Made by a program: the position numbers and the translations under genes. Below, piece after piece: positions 29,072 to 42,310 of a stretch of 64,000 bases of DNA (position 1 is the stretch's first letter; every line of letters begins with the position of its first letter). Below the pieces are notes generated by a model that did not search any database, was not told the DNA's origin, and was given only the letters and a program-made list of their open reading frames with translations. The DNA is from the human T2T-CHM13v2.0 reference genome, Homo sapiens, in the NCBI RefSeq assembly GCF_009914755.1, contig NC_060935.1; one strand, written 5' to 3'.

Positions 29072-29261
29072 TGCTTTCCAAGACTTTGTCAAATCCTGAA
29101 GCATGGATTGTTATGCTACAGGAATAAACAAACATACCTTGCTGGCAAAAATGTGTTCATTATAATGCTTCCTATTTTGATTAATAAAGATGTGCTTGAG
29201 CCTAGTTATAATGATTTGAAATTCATGGTTTGAAACCTCAATTATGTTTGCACAAACCTAA
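29072..29261 (+). mobile_element. HSMAR1 mariner 3' end with right TIR
   Basis: tgctttccaagac...gctacaggaataaacaaac...ttgattaataaagatgtg...caattatgtttgcacaaacctaa|ta. Confidence 0.9.
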
Positions 29262-29264
29262 TAT

Positions 29265-32200
29265 AATCAGTATTTTCCCCATAAATGTTAAATAGAATTC
29301 ACTAATGAAGCCCCCTGTTTTCTTTGTGGGAAATTTACACACACACACACATTTAAGTTATTTCTTTACTAAAATTTGAATTTGATTTTTTTCAAAGTGG
29401 TTGAAATTAATGACATGAAATTTTTACTTTTCAAAATATTTTCCTATTATTCCTTTAATGTTGATTTCTCTCTCTCTCTGCAGTCTGGCTAGGGGTTTAT
29501 TAATTTTATTAATTTTCTCAAAAAACTAGCTTTTGGTTTCTTTGATTTTCTGTATTGTGTAACTGTTTTTTATTTTAATGATTTCTGCTTTTCATCGTTT
29601 CCTTTTCTCTACTTATTATAGATTTAATTTGCTCAACTTTCCAAGTGTCCTGAGGCAAAAATTAAAAAGTCATTATCTGAGACTTTACTTCTTATTTAAC
29701 ATAGACTTTTAATGCTCTAATTTTTCTCTGATTACTGCTTTAGTTGCATCTACAATTTTTGTAATGCCATGTTTTTATTTTTGTTCACTTAAAAATACTT
29801 TCTAATCTCTATTTTTTTATTTTTCTTCAAACCATGTATAAGTGAGCAATTTAGTTTCCAAGTATTTGGTAATTTTCCAGCTGTCTTTGTATTATTGATT
29901 ATGGTTTAATTTCATTGTAGTCAGAAAATACACATTTAATAAGGTTTGTTTAATGAACCAGAAGATGGTCTAATTTTGTAATGTTTCTTATGTACTTGTA
30001 TAATACACATATTATGATGTTGGATGAAAAGTTGCCTAAATGTCAAATAAATCAGATAAGTTGATAATGAGGTTAAAGTTTTATATATCTTTGCTAATTG
30101 TCTGTCTGCTTGTTCTGTGAAATGTTGAGAGATATGCTCAAATATCTTTTGGATTTATTCCTCCTTTTATTAGTATAAGATTATGCTTTCTGTCTTGTGA
30201 AGTTCTGCTATTAGATGCATTATTATCTTCTTGATGAATTAATTCTTTGTAATTATGAAATTATTCAGTTATTCTTTGTAATAATTTTTACTCTGAATTA
30301 TACTGTGATATTAAGTTTGCCATTCTACCTTTCTTTTGATAGTGTTAGCATGATATAGTATTTCCTATCATTTGATTTGTCTTTATAATTAAGATGAATT
30401 TATTTTAGGCAGCATAGAGCCTTGATAACATGCAACCTGATTTTTCTGCTTTTTGATTGGTGTTTACATCATTTACATTTGATATGATTACAAATATAGT
30501 TTGGATTACATCTTCCATCTTGCTATTTATTCCCATTTGTCTCATTTTTACTTTATCAACATTTTTCTCATTTTCTGACTTATTTTAGATTAATTAAACA
30601 TTTTTAACTATTTTACTTTATCTTCTTTGTTAGTTTATTAGTTTTACCTATGTATTAATAAAATATGAATAGTTATTCTTTAGGATTTATAGTTGTTCTT
30701 TTAGGATTTATAGCATACATTTTTAAATTATTTAGTGATATACTCTATGTACACTGGTAACACCAGAGCACTTTATTCTTCTTCTGCAATTCTTTGTATT
30801 GTTGTTAATATAAATTTTATTTGTACATATTTCATAAACTCTACATAATACATTGTTATTGTTTTTGTATTGTCAATTATCTTCAAACATATTTTTAAAA
30901 GAGAAAATATATTCATTCACATATTTGCCATCTATTATTTTTTTCTCTCTGAAGGACTTCCTTTAAAATTTCTTTTAGTGAAAACCTGCTGTTGAATTAT
31001 TTCAACATTTTATATTTGAAAAACACTTTATTTTATCTTCATTTTTGTTAGACCTAGTCATTGGTCACAGAATTCTTAGTTGACTTTTTGTTTGTTTCCA
31101 GAAGTTTCAGGATACCGCTTCATTGTCTTCTGACAAGCCTTGTTTCTAACAATAAATAATTTCCTTGTTATTTTTACCTCTGATTCTCTGCACAAAATAT
31201 CTGTTTTATCTCTGGATACCCTTAATATTTCTCTTTACCAATTTTTAATCAATTTGATTATGATGTGTATTGGCCATTATTTTTTCATGCATTTTAATGC
31301 CTTTCTATGGCCCCAGCTATGCATAATATGAGGCAGAGTTAGTTTTTTTCCATAACTCTCTGATGCTATGATTTTTAAACTACTTTTGCCTATGTGTTTC
31401 ATTTTAGACAGTTTATTTTATTATGCATCAATTTCACCAATATTTTTTCCCAGTGTGTCTATTCTGCTCCTTACCCTCTTCAGGATAGTTTTCATCTCAT
31501 GCAATTAGTTTTTATCTCTGGAAATTCAATTTTGAATTTTTCTGTCTTCTATGCTTCTCTTTAAAGTGGCCATGGTTTTGCCTACTTTCTTTACCAGATG
31601 GAATGTATTTTAACTCTTTTATGTTCTTGTTTACTAATTGTCACCTTGTCTTTTTGTTTTTTATTGATTTATTTTTCTCCTTATTTGTGGTCATATATTT
31701 TCCACTTCCTTCACATCTGTCGATATTTTATTAGATGTCAGGCATTGTGAACTTTAGCTTGATGAGTACTAGGTATTCGTTTCCTTAAATATTCTTGAGC
31801 TTTATTCTGTGGTTCTGTGGTGCAGTTCAATTTCTTAGGATCAGTTTTTTCCTTTGAAGCCTGCTTTCTTAGCTTTCTTAAGTTGGTCTGGAACAGTGCC
31901 GTTTTTTTCCACCCTATTCAGGTGATAGCCTCCTGAGTCCTCTACCTGATGCTTCATGAATTATGATGACATTTTTCACCCTGTTTAGTGGGAACACAAA
32001 CTGTTTCTGGCCATTTGTGAGCCTCACAGCCTCTTCCTCTTGCCTCTTTGTGGTGTTTCTTTCCTTGGTCTTGATTAATTCATCACACTCATGCACAGCC
32101 ATTACTCAGTGGAAGATTCAGGTGGAACTCTCTGTAGATCTCGCCTGCTTTTTATGTAGGCTGTAGTGAATTCTTGTAATTTTATGTCACCTTGGTATCC

Positions 32201-33380
32201 ATTTTGAAAATATGTTTAACTTTCTCATACCAGAAGCAAGGCTTAGTTATTCTTAACACAATTTACACTTTTCTGCTTCCTCCCAGTTTTTCATTATAAA
32301 AGACAGATATCTGCCTTATACATCTGGTGATCACCTCCCTGTGGGATTTAGAGATACAATCTACTTGACTTGCCCCACAGACTCCCACACTCCACATGGA
32401 CTGCATAGATATGTCTTAATGATCACCTCTTAGTCACAGTATGGCCCCACTGAATGCTCGTTTTAAACCCATGAATTAGAACTCTCCACAGGAAAGTTCC
32501 TTGGGTAACACCCCGGATCCCTGTAAAGGCCTTGGCCCACAGGTCCATCTCTCTCTCCGGCTCCTCACTTTCACGTTGAACACATGGCCCCTGTGATCTT
32601 TCCATTGGCCCTTGTTGGTACTTCTCTTTTGATGACCTATAAATAATAAATGGCTTCTGTTATTTTATATGTTTTTGTTCTGTTGACTCCTCTGTGTCTC
32701 ACCTGACTTACCCACCTGGACCTAACTTTTCTCCTGGTCAAGGCTCTCCTTAAGAGTAGATATGATGGTAGAAATAAATGGGACAAGGGTAAGAAAAGAT
32801 ATACAAGGGTATCTGTGAGTATAAACAACACATTTTGAGAGGAACACCTGGTCATGGGTCAGATATTTAGGCATTAGGTTATTTACCAGGATAAAAAAAA
32901 GTATCCCCCAAAGGCAAACTGCAAACATCCAAAACCACATCCCTTGGATCCCCATGAGAGTAAAGCTACTGATTATAGTCACTATCTAGAAAAACACCTC
33001 GAGGCCAAATTAGAGCAAACAACGTAGTTCCCTCCACTCTATGCCACTCTCTGCTCTGGTACCTGCCCCCAAAATTGTAGCCACCACAACCTCTTCATAT
33101 TTCAATCCTGTCACTTTGATAGAGAGAAAGAGTGCCAGGCTTTCTCAGGACTCCAATTCCCATGCTAAAACCTGGACATTATCCAGAAAGCAACCTGGCA
33201 TAATAGTAGGGCTCACCTTGAAATTTCCCATATCTTGGTAATTACTTGTCCTAAATAGTGATTGTGAAATAACTGAAAACTATTGTTGCATATATTATGC
33301 CCATTTTTTAGGTTCAACAACTTAAGATGAAAAAGAAAACCAGTCCCTATTATTCTATAATGGTTGTAAATGAAAAGTTA
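29265..33380 (-). mobile_element. Old L1M (ORF2 N-terminus, ORF1, 5' region), interrupted by an LTR
   Basis: T-rich antisense L1 sequence, e.g. tctggctaggggtttattaattttattaattttctcaaaaaactagcttttgg. Confidence 0.7.
32162..33024 (+). mobile_element. MER54A-like ERVL solo LTR
   Basis: Starts tgtagtgaattcttgtaattttatgtcaccttggtatccattttgaa...ctcataccagaagcaagg. About 860 bp with an internal AATAAA near 32645. Confidence 0.72.
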
Positions 33381-33399
33381 GCTGTATGGTTTAAACTAA

Positions 33400-33560
33400 G
33401 TTTCTCAACTTTTCATAGCTGTATTTTCTGGAAGTGTAAAGTGAAGGATATTATCATTACCTTACAGTGTTATGGTAAGGATTAAATAATATTGACCTTG
33501 ATGTAGACATGGTATAATGTCTCTGCATTTTAAGAGTTTTATCAAATGTTAGTTTCTCTC
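33400..33560 (+). mobile_element. MIR
   Basis: tgtaaagtgaaggatattatcattaccttacagtgttatggtaaggattaaataa...aaatgttag. Confidence 0.6.
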
Positions 33561-33892
33561 TTCCACTCATTCTCCTTAATCAAAAATAAATTAGCATAAT
33601 TTGAATATGCACTTTAGCCCATAAGGTAACATAATTTGTTATTTTATGAGGAAGAAATAGAGGATAATCTATCCCCTTAAAAGAATTGTCTGAAATGTGT
33701 TACAGCAGAAAATACTTTTTACTATGTTTTATCAGATTAGACTCACAGCTCCCGCCCTTTCCCCTCCAAATTTTATAGAAATCAAACAGAATTAACCTGC
33801 TGAATTAATTACCTGTGTTTACCACAACAGATATAAAACTGCTGCTTTCACATATGAAAGCACTGAAGGTAGAGACTGTGACTATACCCATG

Positions 33893-35457
33893 CATAGTTG
33901 CCAGCCTCTAAGATGGACCTCATAGATCTTCCTTCTGATGCCCATCCCTTTGCTTAGTTGCCTCCAAAAATATATCAGGGCTGGTCTGTGTGTCCAATAG
34001 AATAAAGTAGAAACAAAGAAATGCCAGATTGTGATTCTGGAGACCTTTCTAAAATAACTTACTCTGGGAAAAGCCAACTGCCATTGTATGAGCAGTCATA
34101 TGGAGAGGTCCGTGTCACAGGGAGCTGAGGCCTCCCACCAACTGCCATGCAAGTGACTTGGATTGGCTCCTTCAGCCCCAGTCAACCTTCTGGATGACTA
34201 CAGCTTCAGCATATATTTGGCTGCAACCTTCTGAGTGATCTTGAGCCAGAATCACTAGCTACACTACTCAGTTTCCTAATATTTAGAAATTATGTTAGAT
34301 ATTAAATGTTTAATCACTGAATTTTGGAGTAATACTTTATGCAGGCTAGATAAGTAATACTGATTCTGCTACTGCAATGTGGGTATGCTATCATAACAAA
34401 TATCTAAAAACTTGAAAACTAGGAAGTGGTTACAAGCTGAAATGATATTAAGAAGAGTGTTCATTGAAATGTTGAGCGTGTGTTCTTTTTTTCCTGCTAC
34501 TTATAGTAAATGAGAAATGAGAGAAGTAAATAAAAGGAAAGGCTAATATATGTGTAAAAAGTTGAGATTTCATAGTTTTAAATTTTTAAGCTTCCACAGG
34601 TAGCAAAAGATTTTAAAATTAAGACATGGCCTCTGAACAAAGAGCAAGGAAAACAAGGTCCAAAGATGCAGTAAATACCACGTTTAAAAATTATGTTTAT
34701 CTTAGATAATTTGAAGATGGTACTTCCACATACACCATTCTGTCAGGTAAAAGTCCTTCCAGACAGACTGGGCTTCTAGGAGTGTTATCTGTAGAGATCC
34801 AAGGTAAAGAAGGGCTTATTTCGGAGAAATCTGTGGGTGTGGATTTCACCTAATGGAATGAACTGCAAGAAGATTCACAAGAGATTTAAAAAGTTTTTAA
34901 GATAATATATCAATAGAAACAATGCCGGCTTGTATGAAAAGGGACAGAAGGAGTACAAAATGAAAGGCCTTTGGGCCTGCCAAATTTCTCCTAGCAGGAA
35001 ATAGGCTGGAAGGACTACTTACCTGCATCTCCTATAAAAGGAAGAGTGGCTCAGTGGAAATAAGATCCAGAAGGGAAAGCCAAGGGCTATGACGTCTGGG
35101 CAGAAGCAAACTGAGACTTAATCAAAGAACTTGCTACATATTCCCAGTTGGATCTCAGAATTGCTAGAAACCAAGACTACTATGTGCCACTCATTTCTCT
35201 CTTCTATTGAAAAGGAATTGTAAATGTATATAGGAGTGTGTGTTTCACATGTGGGAGGTATGCATATCATTACAGCCAGAGGGCACACTGTGGTAATAAT
35301 CGTGTAAGATACCCCCAACTAATCCCCACCTCCTAGTACTCATGTCCTTGTGTATTCCCTTCCCACATTCTATTATGGAAGGTCTGTGTGTCTGATAGAA
35401 TAAAACAGAAGAGACAGGGTGAGACTTTGGAATCTATAGGACATAAAAGACATTGAA

Positions 35458-35496
<39 letters not shown>

Positions 35497-35733
35497 AACA
35501 AACCTATACAATTGATATTTGAATCACATTCTGTAGCCCATGTCAACCCTCCAGATGATTGCAGCCCCAGCTGACAGCTTGACTGCCACCTTGTGTGAGA
35601 CCTTGAGTTCAAACCCTTCACAAATCTGCTCCAGGATCCCTGATTCTCATAAACTATTAATATGAATAAAATGCTGATTTAAGCTGATAAGTGTTGGGGG
35701 TATTCTACTCACCAAAAATAGATAACTAATATA
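33893..35733 (+). mobile_element. Two-LTR MLT1F-type MaLR provirus (LTR 33893-34360, internal, LTR 35289-35733)
   Basis: Two homologous LTRs (gccccagtcaaccttctggatgactacagc / gcccatgtcaaccctccagatgattgcagc). Internal region starts after agataagtaatac; purine-rich ccagagggcacac precedes the second LTR; (TC)n at 35460-35489. Confidence 0.82.
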
Positions 35734-35820
35734 CCACATGTCCAGAATAATGGTATGTGGTGAAACTGATCTGAGCATCACCCTGTCTTATTGTCTCACC
35801 TGATAAAAATTGAAGTGGAA

Positions 35821-36094
35821 GGCCGGGAGTAAGGCTCACACCTGTAATCCCAGCACTTTGGGAGGTAGAGGTGGGTGGATCACTTGAGGTCAGCTGTTCA
35901 AGACCAGCCTGACCAACATGGTGAAACCCCGTCTCTACTTCAAATACAAAAATTAGCCGGGTGTGGTGGTGTGCGCTTGTGGTCCCAGCTAGTTTCTGGG
36001 CAGGAGAATTGCCTGAACCTGGGAGGCGGGAGGTTGCAGTGAGTCAAGATCGCGCCACTGCACTCCAGCCTGGGTGAGAGCGAGACTCCACCTC

Positions 36095-36124
<30 letters not shown>
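35821..36124 (+). mobile_element. AluS (Sx/Sz-like)
   Basis: Full dimer ggccggg...gagactccacctc with an A/(GAAAA)n tail; small right-arm deletion. Confidence 0.96.
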
Positions 36125-36125
<1 letters not shown>

Positions 36126-36289
36126 TGGTAGAATCCATTATGATCACTAAACAACAGTAGCATCTAGACATGGTTCCTGCTACTTAATTTTCCCTGAACT
36201 GTTGTCTGCAGAAGGACTGAAAGCACCTTGAACTGGTATGTTGTACAATGACTTATTGAAAACTTACTGTGTTAACTTGGCTTTTACAC

Positions 36290-36610
36290 TCCTTTGTTGC
36301 CATTCATACTTAGCACCCATATAATTATTTACATTTCCCCAAAGTGTCATATTTTTTAACATCTTTATATCTAATTTTTCCTTCATCCTATTACCTCCTT
36401 GTCTATCTGATAACATTCTTATCCTCCTTCAAGATGTTCTTCACATAATTTCTATAATGCCTTCCATACCACCCTAATGAACATCAACTCCTTCCTTTGC
36501 CTGTTAATGTGCCTTGAATATGATTCTTCTTGATAGTTATACTAAAATATTTTTATATTCCCAGTGTCTTATACAGTGACATACACAGAATATGTTATTA
36601 AATATTTTAT
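36290..36610 (+). mobile_element. L2 3' fragment
   Basis: ttcttatcctccttcaagatg...tattcccagtgtcttatacagtgacatacacagaa. Confidence 0.6.
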
Positions 36611-36818
36611 GGGTAAAGGAAATAATTAACAGATGAGACAGCACTGTGAAGACACCTGATGAATATTAAATATATAAGAAAAGCTCTAGAGTAAGGAGAT
36701 GTCATGTGCAACGAGATAGGGACAATTATTATTACATTGATTCTAAAAGGATCAGTACCTTATAAATTACAAATATTTCATATACCACAAAGACAGACTA
36801 CTTAATTGTTTTATAGAA

Positions 36819-37276
36819 TTCTCAGATTCAATTCTAAGAAGCTAGTGGGCAGGATCCATGTCCATTATTAAGCACCAGCATGCCACAGGTGTTTAGTAAA
36901 TGTGTGTTGAGAAGTCATGAAGGGGGAAAAAAGGCTGTGTTTTTTACTTTATAGATTATTAGTGAGAATAGCTGAGTATAACAGTCATTGACTTACTGTA
37001 TCCCTATTTATATTTCCAAAAATCATATATTATATTTAATGACTTGCATATCTAGTCAAAAAAGAAGCCAAGCAATAGGACTTAGCCAAAGGAAATCTCA
37101 GCTTCAGCATACTTTTTAAAATGGCACTGAGAGAGTTTAGGTAGCAAGTAGCAGGACCAGAGGAGAGGGGTTTCAGCTGACTTCTCAACACACATTTACT
37201 AAACACCTGTGGCATGCTGGAGCTTAATAATGGACATGGATCCTGCCTACTAGGTTCTTAGAACTGAATCTGAGAA
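36819..37276. repeat. 99-bp inverted repeat (arms 36819-36917 and 37178-37276, 260-bp spacer)
   Basis: Manual alignment of the left arm to the reverse complement of the right arm gives 95/99 identity with no gaps. Confidence 0.97.
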
Positions 37277-37440
37277 ATAAGAAAATGTGGTAAATGACTA
37301 ATAGAATAAAGAATACAGTGCTGTAAAAGATGTGACAAATACATAGCAAATGAAAAGAGGGGAAAGGGAATTTGAAAGTGTGGTGGGTTATGAAGGGATT
37401 GATGTAGAAGGAGACATCTCAAATAGGCTCTAAAGGTTAG
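37178..37440 (-). mobile_element. L2 3' region (includes the right arm of the inverted repeat)
   Basis: ctcaacacacatttactaaacacctg...gacatggatcctgcc...gggattgatgtagaaggagacatctcaaataggctctaaagg. Confidence 0.65.
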
Positions 37441-37479
37441 ATGCATAACCATATATTCAAGCCCTTATCTACTGATTGT

Positions 37480-37750
37480 AAGAATCAGCATAGCACAGGA
37501 TTAAAAACACCACATTTAGAGCCAGAAAGAACAGAGCTGCAATCTTGCTTTTCATTATTACTAATTATAGGACCTTGACTATATGACATTACTTTTCTGT
37601 GTCTCAATTTTATAATATGTAAAATGAGGATAATAATAACAGTGCCATCTCATTTTATTATAAGAGTTATGTGAAAAACCATAGAAAAATATTACACAAC
37701 CTGGCAAACAGGCAGCAACAAATGCATTGAAGTTATTATTATGGTTATTA
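37480..37750 (+). mobile_element. MIR
   Basis: gaccttgactatatgacattacttttctgtgtctcaattttataatatgtaaaatgaggataataataac. Confidence 0.8.
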
Positions 37751-37799
37751 TTGTTGTGATTTTAGCTACCTGGAGACCCACAGAGATGAACTGATCCCT

Positions 37800-38048
37800 T
37801 TACTCATTCTTACTGCCGTGAAAATATGATACTTGAAGTGGGGGCAGCATTCATGTCACCATGGGAAACAGCAAAGAGAACAATATAATGTTGGCTCAGC
37901 TTTCACTGAATCTTTTAACCATACTGGCAGCATCTTGCTGCCAGACTGCTTGTTATGTGAGAGCTGTAATCCATGTATCTTAAGTCACTTAAGTCATCGT
38001 TTAACAGGTTTTCTTTACCTGCATCCCCAAACACTCCTAACTGATACA
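37800..38048 (+). mobile_element. Old MaLR LTR 3' part (MLT1J/K/L-like)
   Basis: ccagactgcttgttatgtgagag...gcatccccaaacactcctaactgataca. Confidence 0.65.
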
Positions 38049-38614
38049 TTGATCATCCAACAAGGCAATTTTAGAGTGAATAAGACATAGCAGGCACTGT
38101 AAGACATTATATGATTTTGATAGGTGGAAGTAATTTCATATTTGTTCTAGACGATAATATTTCAAAGACCCACTGGATCCCAGATTGAAAGAGAGGAAGC
38201 CAAGAACTTCATACACTCAAACTGAAAGCCCATACCTTTCATTCCCAAAATATCCATGACCATGACAGAATCTGGGTTTCCTCACTCATAAGATGAAAGT
38301 AAATAATAAATACTTTATAGAACTGTTGTGAGGATTAAATACAATAGTCTATGAAAATTTTCTTTCATAGTGCCTGGCAGTAGAAATCACTCAGGAATTG
38401 GTATCCATTTACATCATGAAAGCAACATATTATCATTCCCTAGTGAATTTTCTTGAAAAAATTATCAGTTATTTAATATGTAATAAATTAGTCTCTTCAT
38501 TCGAAGCATACATTCTTCCTGGATAGGGTTCAAATGTTACCTTTATTTTTAGTCCTTTCCCCTCATCCCCAGTGCCACAACCAATCACAGCCCAACTCAG
38601 AGAACATACTTATT

Positions 38615-38746
38615 TTTTGTTTTGTTTTATAGAAACAGGATCTCACTATGCTCCCTGGGTTAGTCTGGAACTCCAGGCCTCAAATGATCCTCCCGCCTCG
38701 GCTCCCAAAGTTCTGGGATTACAGGTGTGAGACACCACACCCAGTC
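38615..38746 (-). mobile_element. FLAM_C-like Alu monomer with TSD
   Basis: Alu monomer; TSD cagagaacatacttatt (38598-38614) / cagaggacatgcttatt (38748-38764). Confidence 0.9.
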
Positions 38747-39214
38747 ACAGAGGACATGCTTATTGAAATGAACATTTTCAAACTAGCTGTAGGTACAGAA
38801 CCATCATTATCTCTTTGCATATGGAAGCTGCTTCACACTTCCATTGTATAGATGCAAATAATCTGAGAGTTGTTAAACAATTCTATAATACCAATTTGTC
38901 CTTGGAAAGTCAACATTTCTAAAAGCTAAATAGGAAAGTCTCACCTAAGCTTTTCCTTGACATATGCATTTGGTTCCTGGGTATAATGAAGAGAAACTTG
39001 CAAACTGTGAGATAATTTCATTGAAATAGCTCATTTTGATTATAATTTAAGTGGTGATAATAAGGAAGCTTCCTAAGCAATGGCTTTATTAGCATAATTT
39101 TTGGAAGTCTTGTTAACTCTATGTGACAGAGTTGAATATAAATTAATGAATAATTTAGAGATAAAAAGTTTCTGCTATAAATTATATTTCCAGGTTCTTG
39201 AAGTTATGAAGAAG

Positions 39215-39450
39215 AATAATTAAGGTCACAGGCAGTTGGATCAGATACACCTAACTATTCCCAGCCTGATTCTATTTCCTGTGGGATTTTGAGAAAAAAA
39301 TTAATATCTCTAAGCCTCAATGTTCATTTGTACACTGTTGATGATCATTGTATTTACTTAGTAGAATTGTGATAATTAAATTAAAAATGTATGGGAAATG
39401 CATTAAATAAGACTGGCATACAATAATTGCTCAATAAAAATTGACTAGTC
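39215..39450 (+). mobile_element. MIR
   Basis: ttaatatctctaagcctcaatgttcatttgtac...gactggcatacaataattgctcaataaa. Confidence 0.7.
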
Positions 39451-42069
39451 ATCTTGCGATTTTCAAGTATAATCTATATCTCAGTTAGGCTCTCCCTACT
39501 TCTTAATTTCTGCATTGCATTAGCTTGAACCCCACGTTCCATACTTGAGTTTCTCTCTAATATTGCTGACATTATGAGGAAGGTCAGTTCTCATAGTCAT
39601 GTTTCAATTTGGATTTTAGGTTTGCCAAAGGATCATTCTTTGCTATTGTGGGAATTTCCCTTTATTACCTCCTGGTATTAATTCAAGTAAAACCAAATGT
39701 ATTCCCCTAATTTTCTTATGTAACTAATTTAATCCTTATGAGACCCTATCACCAAAGTAAGCACTAACGTTTACTTTTTTTTTTTTTTAAACAACCCAAA
39801 ACTCATTAATTCACTCTGCCAAACAACTGGGCCAATTCCACCTGGTCTGTATTCTTCCTCTACTTATCTGATAATAATGATACTAATGCTATCCACAACC
39901 TCCCTCCCCAACACAAATACACGAGAGAGCAGTGGGGACTGTGATTAAATGACAATGTTGATTTTTGCTTTCTTTTCTGCATTTTGAATAAAGAAAATGC
40001 AATTTTGTATAAGTTTTTACTGCCTTATATTTGCACAAGTTTGAGTTGCAGTTTAAGCACCCATGTTAGACTAAAAGGACAGATTTCACCTTGCAAAGAC
40101 CTGCTTTTGGCCTATTCTTAGGTTATAATTTAAGCAGACTGAATCATTTTGCAAGGGGGGCCCATTTGTTCAAGGAAGACCATATTTACAGTCAAAATTC
40201 ATGTGTTCTTGTTATGACTTCAGTATCCTTATCTGTCCAAAGATAGAACTAGTATTTTATCTGTACAATAGGGTACTTATGATGGATAAGCTAGAAAATC
40301 AGTGTTGGCACACTTTGTAAGTTATAAAACACAATACATGAGTTACACTAAATTGAATTGAGGCAACATGGCAGAAGAGAAGCAAACAAACAAACAAACC
40401 TGGGCTCTAAAATGAAAAGACCTCAGTGGCTGACCCAAACAAGCCTTTTTACATCCCTTTATTTCAATACCTCTCAGAAATGAGGCAAATGATAATAATT
40501 AAAATAATACCTTTTTACAGGTGTCTTATAAAGTTTAAGAAAGATAAATGTTTTTTTTTGTCTTATTTTGTTTGTTTTTACAACATTGTCGGAAAGGAAA
40601 AAAAAAATACCTCAATCCTTATTCCTTTCTCTGTTTTATTTTTTCGGCTTTAGATGGTAAGAATATTGTGTGGCTTTTAAACCAGAATTCCTGTTAGTTT
40701 TGTTTTGAGAGAGATGCCGGCAAATCTGCTGCAGTTGACAGGTGGCAGTGTCCTGGCCCTGAGGAACACAAGGGACAAGGATGACCTCTGGGCTGGTTTG
40801 AACCAAGGGTCATGAGTGATGATCATTTTAAGAAAATACTGCTTCCCTCTAATACATTTTCAACTTTATCTGCTTGATATCACTGTCAGGGGACTGCTCA
40901 AAGCATTCAATATGTGGGAGGCTTCCTGCTAGGTATGCCTCACAGAGGAGGTATTATATCTGGTTTCTGCAGAGCAGAAGGTAGAAATAAAATTTGTCAT
41001 CCTGCTGCCCTTTCAAGAAAGAAGAACTGTAATAATTCCCATTTGTGTTAATTACCTCATATAATAAACTGATTAATTTTGCAATAAAAATTATTGAGTG
41101 TTTATAAGGTACCAGGTACTGTGCTAGTCCCTGGAATTGCAGCGATAAACCCCAGAGGTGGTCTTGGGTCCCACCTTCATGTTATTCCCAAATAAGGGAA
41201 TGAACTGAGGCTTCAGTTTTATATACCCAGTTTAAGCAAGGGACTTGAGATTAATAAATGTTTACTATGGAAAGAAAGAAAAGTAAGGTCTGAATCTTGA
41301 GATCTCATGGTATGCTTAGAAGCCATTGTGTTCTTCATTGGGTGGAACTTAACAGGGGTTGAATGGGTAGGAATGACAGGAGAGGAACCTGAATAATAGA
41401 CAGAGGCCATAGTAGAGTAGACATTCATGTTATGGGATATACTTTAGAGATCTATATTATCCTAGGGCACTAGAATCGTCTCTGATACACTATACTCCCT
41501 ATTTCTTCCAAGGCATGTGAAATTCAAGACCAGTCCCAGCTCTTATAAATAACATTCTTCTCAGGCCATTGCTTTAGCCAGTGAACTCACCTCTTGACTG
41601 ACTGTATTAGTCATTTGCTTGAAGACAACTTCATTCTTCAGTAGGGGGAAGACCTAGACCAGCAGCAGCTCTTACTCTGCAACCCTCTGCTACCCTCTTC
41701 TGGTGGTAGCCTGTCACTGCAATTAACCCTTCAAATCCAGGTGAATCTATTCTATGTGTGGTTGGTAATGGCCAATTTAGGAAAAGTGACATGGGGCAGA
41801 AAACAAAGCCAGACCCAGCTCCTGGCTCTAGAAAACCAAGTCCATTCACGGAATCTGACATCTTAAGGCTATGGCAAGAGACTTCATGTTGTGGGCCAGG
41901 CAAGCAGGCTGTATGAGGCCAGGGACATGCTAAATTACTGTCATGCTTCCAATAAGAGGGTAGGCATGTCAATAACAATGAAAATATTACTTTTCATTCA
42001 GCAATATTAGAAAGCACAAGCAGCAGCAGGTAAACCAGCACCTCCTCCTTGTGTGGCCTTTCCTTGTCA

Positions 42070-42310
42070 TCTTGCTTAAAATATCTTCAAATCTCTACGT
42101 CCATCCTTGTTTCCCTTTTCTCTATAATGCATTTTTACCACCTAACAGGCTATGTTTGTTTAATTTTCTTAGTTGACTGTCTATATTATTAAAAACTAAG
42201 CTCCAGGAAAACATGTTTTGTTTGCTTTTTCTTTTGTCACTACTATATCCTCACTTATATTAGGACCTGACACCCACTAGTTGCCCAATCAATACTTTTA
42301 GAATAAAGAG
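42070..42310 (+). mobile_element. L2 3' end
   Basis: aagctccaggaaaac...tcactactatatcctcac...ggacctgacacccactagttgcccaatcaatac. Confidence 0.65.

Noticed and set aside
40730-40750. CTCF-like sites (gacaggtggcagtg here; ccactaggggaaa near 60266)
   Set aside because: Each lacks key core positions; a partial motif alone is not evidence of binding.
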